Source: Bigelowiella natans CCMP2755
Taxonomy: Eukaryota; Protista; Cercozoa
Direction of reading: 5' to 3'
Assembly (NCBI GenBank): GCA_000320545.1
Contig: ADNK01001884.1
Coordinates: 1-64,000 of the forward strand
DNA length: 64,000 nt
Part shown: piece by piece, positions 54,922 through 64,000 of the stretch
How the letters are laid out: each line of letters begins with the position of its first letter
Position numbering within the stretch: the first letter of the stretch is position 1
Translations under genes and position numbers: made by a program
The notes under the pieces: model-generated
What the model saw: only the letters and a program-made list of their open reading frames with translations
Database searches by the model: none
What the model was told of the DNA's origin: nothing

Positions 54922-56291
54922 CGCTTTAAGGGAGAGGGAGGCTGGGCAGCCATTGTTCCTGCTTTTCCACGACAATTTTTAGTAATGAGTATCTTCTTCG
55001 TCATCATGTTAGCTCTACTTAACTTATAATTGGATTAGGTTCACTCATATGACTGAGCTTCTTCATAGGACAATTGTACGGCATTCCCTAACCCCTTCCC
55101 TCCTTATGATCTAAGCGTATCCTTTACTCTGAAACATGTAGTTGGTAGAAGTGCAAGCAGTTGTGGCGCGTGATTTATTGATGCAAATATCATGTTCGGT
55201 ATGGACTGTTAGGTCGTAGATCCAGCGAGATACCTTGACCCTAACCCAAACCTTGTCAAGTAGGAGGAGGAAATAGGAGAAAAACAAGCAATTATGATGA
55301 TGCTGCTACCTGCCGATAATCATAACAATGACAATAAGACCATGAAAACCGCTGTGACGAAGCTGATCGATCCCGACACCTTCTTTTCCTCCTCCTCCTC
55401 CTTCTCCTCCTCCCCCGATTTATTCGGTCCTTCTTGTTACCCGGTAGATATCTAACGCGTATAAGGGAGAGCGGTCGGAGCACGTTCTTGTTAACAAACA
55501 GCCCGTATTACTTCGTAGACGCAGGTTGTACTAATGCTTTTGTATTTGTCCTACGAGAAGGCGAGAAGGCGAGATCAGCATAGAACATGTAGGACACGTA
55601 TGACCGCAGAGTACAGATTTCGAGCACGATTAGAGCTCTCGTTCCCGCCCCCCCCCTCTTTTCCCTACCCAACCCCCCTTCATCTCCCCTCGTCCACCAT
55701 GATTCCTACGTTCAGGCATGAAGTACCTTATGGGAGATCTCATCGAAAATGTGAGCCGTCAACTTCACATCAAAAGAAAAATGAAAAATGAGCCTGTAAG
55801 CATGATCCCTCGCTTTCTCTCTCTCCGCCCCCCTCTCTATCTCCCCCTATCATCATCATCATCATCATCATCACCACCACCATCATCTTTTGTTGTTCAT
55901 GTCGCTTGTTTAGCTTGGACTTCCATGTTGGACGCATCTATTTGACATCGTTATCGTCGAGGCGGATAAACCCACCTTCTACCACCAGAGGCAACAGCGT
56001 TTCCGCAAGGTATAGTGTGGTACAGAAAATTTGGGGGGGGGGGAGAAGAGTGCCCTGCCAAGCGCTCATAGGGTCATCATCAACCATGTCGGAAATCGAT
56101 CAAAATCGTACTTGACTGATTCTGTGCAAAAACACAGCTAAATCCGGATGGATCTCCCTCCTTGGAGGCTGTCGACGAATTTGTGAGAGGGGAGGTAGCT
56201 GTGTGTGTGCAATGATGATGATGATGATGAGAATGCCTCTCATTATTTTGTTAGGGTGGTGATAGTAACGACCGTTCCTTTTGTCCCTGCA

Positions 56292-56337
<46 letters not shown>

Positions 56338-58826
56338 CACACACACACACACACATATCCCCATGCCAAGGTCTACACAGGGGGGGGGCTAGAGGAATTT
56401 CACCGACTATCAGGGTATATTATATGAACTGAGCACAATAACAATAGAAAGAAGGAGAAGAAGAAAGTACAATACAACAGCGGGGAGGATACGCACAAAT
56501 CATCATGAAATAGCGAGCGATTTCAGTGATTACGTTGTCGTCTCTTTCCTTCGTTTCTCTGATGATGTTGTCGTCAATGTAACAGGTACCGCGAGTCCAA
56601 CGTGATTTATATGGGAGATCAGATATACAGCGACTTAGTAGAGCCTCAAAAGGTGGGTTATGTATAATATATATGTTTGTATGGTTTTAATGGTGACTAT
56701 GAGAGATGAAGATGGGAACGGATGATTTGTGCAAAAGAAAGAGAGAAATCTGACCAATGAAGCCGATAGAACATTGTACTAGTGTGCTTGTAGACGATAT
56801 GTAGGAGTAAGAATCCCTCGTTGCGTATCATCATCATCCCCATCATCATCATCAATCATCATTCATCATTCATCATCATCATTCATCATCATCTATCATC
56901 ATCATTCATCATCATCATCCATCATCATCTATCATCATCCATCATCATCATCATAAGGCAACTCAATGGAAAACGGCCGCCATAATAAAGGAGGTGGCAC
57001 ATGAGGTAGAAGCTCACAGTCAATAGTTCGGTCGAAGGCAGCACAAATGCCAACACAAGAACAATAGAGACTACACTACATGTCGTGGGTTATAATAATA
57101 TGCAAAGCCAACCTACTTGCCAATGCAGTCGGTATTACCTTTTCTCCGACAAGCTAGGTCATCCTTCGGTCTTTTTTGTTTTAAACAAACTCTCTCCTTT
57201 CCCTTCTACTGCTACATTCCTCCCCCCCCCCTCCCCCTTCTTAGATCAAGGAGATGAATTGCATCGAGTTTAAGGAGGACGTGGCGCGGCTGATGTTCGT
57301 CGAGCGGTAGCCAATAGCCAGTAGCTAGGAGGATATAGTAGTAGCAGTAGTAGTAGTAGTAACGTTGTTGTCGCTGATTCTGGGGTTGCTGAATGGTGCT
57401 TGTTGTTATGTGCTTGATTTAGCATCCATCGACAGCCCATTGAGCATCCACCGATCTCATGCATTGTTTGCCGTCATCTATATGTCGTCGTTTTGCGCTG
57501 CGTTGCGCTGTTGTTGTTTTGCCTGCAAGGCTGGTCTCGGAAGCGCAGATCCATTCCGAGGATGCACAGCATACGATAGAGGTTGGTTGTGGGGGGTGGG
57601 ACGCAGGATGGATTGCAGCAGAAAGTTGAACCATTCATGGCCAAAGTGCTGATGGTGATTTCCTTCTGCCAACGCCATCTTTGAGATGCAACGGGTTGTA
57701 AGGCTTCACCATGTGCCTCCTCCCTTTCGTCGTCATCATCTTCTTTTTCCTCTTCTTTCCAAACGAAATTAATGCTCGTGGCTTGTGAGCTCTTCTGCTA
57801 GGAGACTGCCATCCTTGACATTCGTATATTCTATTCACCGCCACTGCTACTACTGCTGTTGTTTCAGTGGCTCAAGACAGAGAGGACGCAGCTACGTGAG
57901 ATGATGATGATGATGATGACGATGATGCACACCAAAGCAACAACCACACGATAAGAACACTACCCCAAAAAAGCATTCCCTGCTCTAATTCCGAAGAAAA
58001 CAGCCTTAGTATATTGTTTGTGAAAGAGACCTCGATTCTAGATCATATGCACACACTGCCCCCTCAAGCATTTTCCTCTTGGCATTTCTTGACTATAAAC
58101 GGCCATCATAACAACGAAAAGGCACTAGATTAAAGCACCGCATCAACTTGTACTTTGGAAGTACCTTCAGAACGAGCACATCGAGGTTAGAAACACACTC
58201 ACACACATACATAATATTTTGGAAATGCAATGATACCGCTAAGTATCGATTGCAGTTATGGTCATTATTCTTGCCCCAATACTACTATTAGTAGTAGTAT
58301 GCTCCTGCTCCTGCTACTATTACGACATCTTTCCCAACCTCTAAGACTCGTCTAAATCCTTTGCTATCAGGACGGCATTCTTCTACAATGTTGGTCGATA
58401 CGCTGATATTTATACATCAAGGTAGTATCACTGTCAGCGTAACCAGGATGGTTGGTGATGATGATGATTGTGATGCTGATGTACTGATAATGCCTGCTTG
58501 CGTTAAAACCATCGCCGAGCTGGTAATCGTCTCTACCGCTCCATAGGTGTGTTTGAATGTGCCGATTAGAGCAATTCCAGAATTCTCCACATTCATCACA
58601 ATCAGTGCTTGAATTGTATTAAATTGAAAAACGCCATACAAAACCCTGTAGTGCCCTACTCATTGTTCTCTTCATCAATCCTCACGTTAGCATCAGCAAC
58701 CTGTTGAATTTCCCGATGGACTACTGCTTCTATGCCTCTCGTAGCTTCTTCCCTCACGAGATGAGGCTCAACAATCCTGAAACAATGATGCTGAAAATTA
58801 CGTCATCGTTGTCAGATAGTCAATAG
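52832..58826 (+). CDS. HAD-superfamily 5'-nucleotidase (NT5DC/cN-II family); many exons
   Basis: QVFAN..YGFDYDFT, YDPNFAIRGL, FLLTNSPYYFVDAG, LFDIVIVEADKP, IYMGDQIYSDL, WKTAAII, RYADIYTS, FFPHE. Confidence 0.9.
56828..56955. repeat. Degenerate (CAT)n array in an intron
   Basis: About 125 bp of catcat with interspersed catt/ctat/ccat units. Confidence 0.9.
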
Positions 58827-59616
58827 CATGTGATAGGACACATGCAAATGAACGTATTGCATATATGATAGAATGCCATACACAGAAGCCGACACTTCTG
58901 TGCCTGACGAGCGATGATGCCCCCAATGTATGAGCCTGCGAACTCAGTGTGAGTGTAATAGACACATCTCACATTTACACATCGACGCATATATGTAATC
59001 CTGGCCGTACGGCAATTCAAGGCTTGCATGCATTGATTACGCACATAGCTCATGATGGACATGCACTATTATGCTCATAGCAACACTATGAGCTGTCTAG
59101 TACTTGGCTGGGAAATAATCACCCACCAAGCTACCTAGCTGGGCTTACCATCCCTGCGCTGTGTTTCCACAGGCAAGAGCATTATATAACATTAACAATA
59201 GAAGAAGCAGCATGAGATGCATGCATGCATGCATAATGCAAATGCTTTTAATTGCGCTGCATCAATCACATGCATATGGCTTTGCATGTCCAAGAGAGCA
59301 AATTTAATTATCAAAGTGTACACGCTTCTACATTGCAGCTACACACATGCATGTATCACACGGGCCAGTTGCTATTCGGTCGGACAGTAGAATTCGTAAA
59401 TGAAACACAACATCTCGACATCATGGTGAGGAAGTATCATTTTTAAGGCTAAATTTCTCCGAAAATGCTTTCTGTGTTGCACGTAAGATATCCGGATCGT
59501 TGGTCGCCGCAATGAAAGCTTTCATTCCCTATCCCAAATTAATATAGAACATGAGCGATAATGAACTCTGAGCTTGTTTGTTTGTTTTTGCGCGCACACA
59601 CACTCTCATTCAATGC

Positions 59617-59796
59617 CTATTTTCCACTCTTTTCTGTCCGGTTCAGCACCACCTTATCCTCCTCCTTTTTACGATGTTTCTCGGAGGCGTCAGGCTCTAA
59701 AAACTGCTGCAGATACGCCCTGCATGTGGAGATGCAAGAAAGAGCAACCACAACGAGACGAGAAGATATGACAGTACAGTACAGTAGTAGTAGTAT

Positions 59797-59828
<32 letters not shown>

Positions 59829-60434
59829 TAGTAGTCGCATATAGTCAGAGAATAGCAGGAGAATAGCAGCGGGAGGAACGGGGGAAGGATACTGAAGAGG
59901 CCTTGAAGGAAGGAGAGGATTGCGAAGACACAAAGCAATAAAGAGAGAAGACAAGAGAGAAAAAATAGGTAGAGTATATCTCACAAGCATGCTCTGCATT
60001 TATCAATGGAAGAGGACATCGTCAGGTGGCGGCTTCGAGTGTCATCATCGAGGAAATGGAAGTGGCCCTGCAGTAGCAGCATCATCCAAAAGGTGAAAAA
60101 GCGGTTAGTAGAGGCGCGGTACATGATCGCACATGACATTGCCCCCCCCCCCCCCTCTCTCTCTCGCACCTGTGTACACATATTTGCGGAGAGTACTTGA
60201 GCAAGCACGTGCATGCGCGCGAAGAACTACAGTACAATTTTGGATTTCTAACCTCCCCAGGTATCTTCTCCAGTGTGCAGTCGCATCCTGTCTCTTCGGC
60301 ACGTCTATGAAATCTCTCGCTCATCTCCAATGGTACAGCCTAAACGTGTTGCGGGGAAATCAATATCTAAATATTTGCATATGAGGAAGGAAAGCTGCAG
60401 CAGCTTTATGGCTTTCTCTTCCCTTCTCTCTCTC

Positions 60435-60489
<55 letters not shown>

Positions 60490-61127
60490 TGTCTACACAC
60501 TTGTATGTATGCGTATGTGGAGAAGAAGGGGGGGCGGGGGGCAGCGTTAGTCACTGAAACCTTATCTTCCTCCGGATGTAGAAGCACGAGCTTGGATTTT
60601 GTTGGGAGCATTTCGTAGGGAGAGGTGGAGGGGAATTTCGCCGGATCGACTCTGCCTCCTTGTGAGCTGCCGAGAAGAGAGGGGACGGCGTAGCCGCCTA
60701 TTGACGCGTTTGGCGCGTTGGCAGATGTGGATCATATTAGCAATTGGAGTAACGATGGCTGCTTCGGGTCTACGCATTTGTATTATCAATTCACTTTCTC
60801 TTTGCACGACACCTATAAATCTTTCGTAGGCCTGGCGGAGATCCAGCACCCCGGACTGTGAGATGACCATATTTGGGATGATAGCAGGGTTTGCGCCCAC
60901 GGCGCCCGGAGGCAATGAACTACGCATTGCCGTCCATGCGGCCTATTGAGAGCAGCTGGTGTTTAGACAACAAGTAGCAATACACATACTTTTTATATTT
61001 CTCTTTCTTTCGTCTGTATCATAATTATCTCGAAATCTCTCTAACGTGGACGCGGCCCTCTCATCGTTCCTCGGAGAAGTGTATACCATTTCAAAGTGAA
61101 GAGGCTATGGACGAGCGAAAGCGATAT

Positions 61128-61197
<70 letters not shown>

Positions 61198-61401
61198 CGC
61201 TACCAAGTGCCCCCCTGCAGAATGGCCAATGATGACTACGTTGGTGCAGTCTATGGCATAATCCGATGCAATGTTTGGGATATAGTCCATCGCAGCTATG
61301 AGATCATTGTTATCACCAAACTCACGACTCAGATTACCAGTACAATAAGTACGAGTGTTGTTGAGATCGAATGATGATCGATGCGACACGTTCTTTAGGT
61401 T

Positions 61402-61459
<58 letters not shown>

Positions 61460-62192
61460 CTTTTACCACACTCGTCTATCTCTCCTCACCGCTACATTTA
61501 CGGACATGTATGGTTATTGCTATTCCCGCCGTGTTTTAAAGTTAAGGATGCAGTCGTCGTTGCGTGATGGTTCCATTTATGCATGTGTGCGTTGTGTACC
61601 AGCAACATCCTGGAAAGTCTCTGGATATCCACCATCGCCACCACGCCCCACCCTCCGATATTCAAGATTCCACGCAGCTGTTTCCCAAACGTAGGTTTAC
61701 GAATATGTTCATGTTAGAAACGACAAGGTTCATATGTGGAGAACAACATAATGCGATGCATAACATCGTGTGAACCTCCGAGGCGCGACAGCGCAATGTC
61801 TCCAGCCATATCGGTCATCAAATCCTTGCGGTACTGATTCTGCCAAAAGCCTACAGATGCAGGAGAGGGCATGCCGAGCTTGAGTTTCGAATGTCATGGT
61901 AAAGGGATAATAACGGCGTAATATGATCTTCATGCGAGTCAAATACCTTTGCATCACCCTCTACTACCACAGCACTATAACTAACTTCGCCACAAAATTG
62001 TCGGCGAAGTATCAGTATTCTCATCTCATCTTGACCTCCATGCAGGATGACGATGAGAGGCCACCGTTTCTCGTCTGTACCAGCCCTCTCAACCTTTGGC
62101 GGGAGAAAAAGCTCGCCATGTTGGTCTGGATGCGGGCCGTATCGAATGGGAAAGCGCGTGATTTTATTCTTTCCGCCTTCCACAAGAGCTGT

Positions 62193-62233
<41 letters not shown>

Positions 62234-62608
62234 TGTGCGTCTACTGGCGCGCGCGCTCCCGCATACATCTAAATATATTTTAAAAAGTGTGTGTATATTT
62301 ATAACACACAAAATGTGGGGCTAACAAACCTTTTGGTCTCATGCGCAGCTCTCGCTTCACCGTCGCGCCTCCCAATCGATACCGAATGGACGACTCACGG
62401 TTGTTCCGCCAAAAGGTAGAACCTATACTCCGACCCCGACTTAGAATGCAGGGTCGAGGAAGTGGCCTGACCGGTGACTGAGCGAAGAAACAACACAGGG
62501 GGGGTAAGTAGGATAACCAAGCTCGACCATTCTGTCAAACCAGATTTGTGATGCGTAAGCTACCGTAGCCACCAGCGTGAACAAGGCTGTCAGCAATCTA
62601 GACGTCAT
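59617..62608 (-). CDS. Alpha/beta-hydrolase (esterase/lipase-like) with signal peptide; ends approximate
   Basis: YGPHPDQHGELFLP, VILHGG, WNLEYRRVG, GYPETFQDV, GHSAGGHL, SQSGVLDL, HFHFLD; MTSRLLTALFTLVATVAYA N-terminus. Confidence 0.82.
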
Positions 62609-63266
62609 TCATAACCTATAAAGATTATTGACGAGCTTATATCGTTCCCTCTTTCTCTCTCTACAACAACGAGGGATGGATGTGAACAAGAGGGCGGGGC
62701 TCACCTCTGGATCTCTCCTCTGGATCTAGGCAGAAAGTTGATTGAACACGCTCATGCGAGTATTGAAGATGCAGGATTTCAGGAGAAGAACCTGTCTGCA
62801 TGCGGAGAGAAGGAAATCCTGGAAATCCTCTGTTTCTGATAAAGTTTCAGGAAATTTTCAATCGGGAATTTATCGAATTAGAAGGTAGTCGAGATGACTT
62901 TCATAAATACAATAAAAACAACAACTATATCCTCAGGTAGGTTCCTTCCCAGAATTTACACCGAGAAGAACCAGAGATTGCAAATAGAGAGTCTTCTTCT
63001 CATGTCAGCATCTTTCATCTGCAATTTTCTACTGAAACATGATTTTTTAGTATAAATGGGGATCCAAAATTAGCACATTGAAACAACATCTTCCACAACA
63101 GTTAGGAAGGCTGTTACAATGGATGACGTGCACAGCTCGCAGGGCCAGAAACCTAGACGAGGCTCCAAGGCGTCTGGAGGTCCTGTTGTGTACGATCTAT
63201 TCCAACACTATTCGATCTGAGTTTCCATATGCGTTGGTTCTGTGGCCTTTTCTAACAATTAAGTAG

Positions 63267-64000
63267 GCAAGGCGCAAAACACACGCAAAAAGCAGAGCCG
63301 CGGAGAGTGTGCAAGTGAAGTAGGAAAGGTGCAGTCCCAGACGAAACAGAAATGGAGACCCAAAAAACAGAATAGACGGCAAAATGAGGCCAAGGGTAAC
63401 CACCGTAAGGAAGCAAACAAAGTGCCTCAAAGGATAGACTCCAGCGACAGTAACGCATACACATATGACGAGTTCGTTGAATTCTATGGGAGCGACGAGG
63501 GCAAAATGAGGTGGGAGATATCAGAAACGGTAGGAAATCCCATTGAAAATCGGTCCCAAAAATCTGCACGCGCAAAAAAACGCTTGAACAAGTCGAAAAA
63601 GCAGGGGGGGGCGTCAACAATTCCGGATAGTAAAAACCTGTCGATGGAGGCAAGTTCTTCGCATCCGAACATGGTCGAGAAGATCGATAAAGAAACCGAA
63701 GAAGGCGAGATTACGTTCGACATAGAAGAAAACAGAGAACTTGCGGCAGACGAAATAGAAGCAATGAAGTCTATCTATGGGGAAGAGAACGTGAAGCCCA
63801 AGGGCGTAAATGGTTTCCGTATTCTGATGTCGAACGATGTAGAGGGTAGGCAACCGCTCATGCTGACTGTCCACATCCCTGAGAGCTACCCATCTCATAC
63901 ACACCCAGAATTCTCAGTGTATGCGGATTGGATTACGGAAGACCAGCAGGTGAGAGCCACTGCGCACCTGATCGATATGTACCAGCAAGAGCTACTTGGT
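63267..64000 (+). CDS. RWD-domain protein, partial (runs off window; upstream exons unresolved)
   Basis: Open frame with DEIEAMKSIYGEE and LTVHIPESYPS..PEF (RWD YPxxxP motif). Confidence 0.8.

Noticed and set aside
1-64000. CRISPR arrays, tRNA, rRNA or snoRNA genes; ORFs made of poly-S/H/D/YI/CV
   Set aside because: None recognisable; low-complexity ORFs are translated intronic microsatellites

Overview
Eukaryotic nuclear DNA, intron-rich, with microsatellite-filled GT-AG introns. A nuclear psb28 and other genes with signal+transit presequences suggest an alga with a green-derived secondary plastid, most consistent with a chlorarachniophyte (inference). I read about 14 spliced genes: OPR-like protein, two-TM channel-like protein, WD40 protein, SAMHD1-like dNTPase, a hypothetical, rpl37, a Sel1-repeat/aspartic-protease fusion, a fused 2-oxoacid dehydrogenase E1 alpha-beta, a multi-TM/esterase fusion, a membrane protein, HOZ/HugZ-like protein, psb28, NT5DC nucleotidase, an alpha/beta hydrolase, plus a partial RWD-domain gene. 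There are three copies of one non-LTR retrotransposon. Main result: aligning the LINE copies by hand shows directional hypermutation of TpA to TpG or CpA (A-to-G on both strands), the reverse of fungal RIP. It destroys conserved tyrosines (YCDD to CCDD), leaves 1.2 kb with no TpA at all, tends to spare CTAG, and also marks intergenic DNA while genes and intronic (TA)n tracts appear spared. This looks like a repeat/silent-DNA adenine-mutating genome-defence process; I see no candidate enzyme gene in this window. Gene boundaries and counts are manual and approximate.
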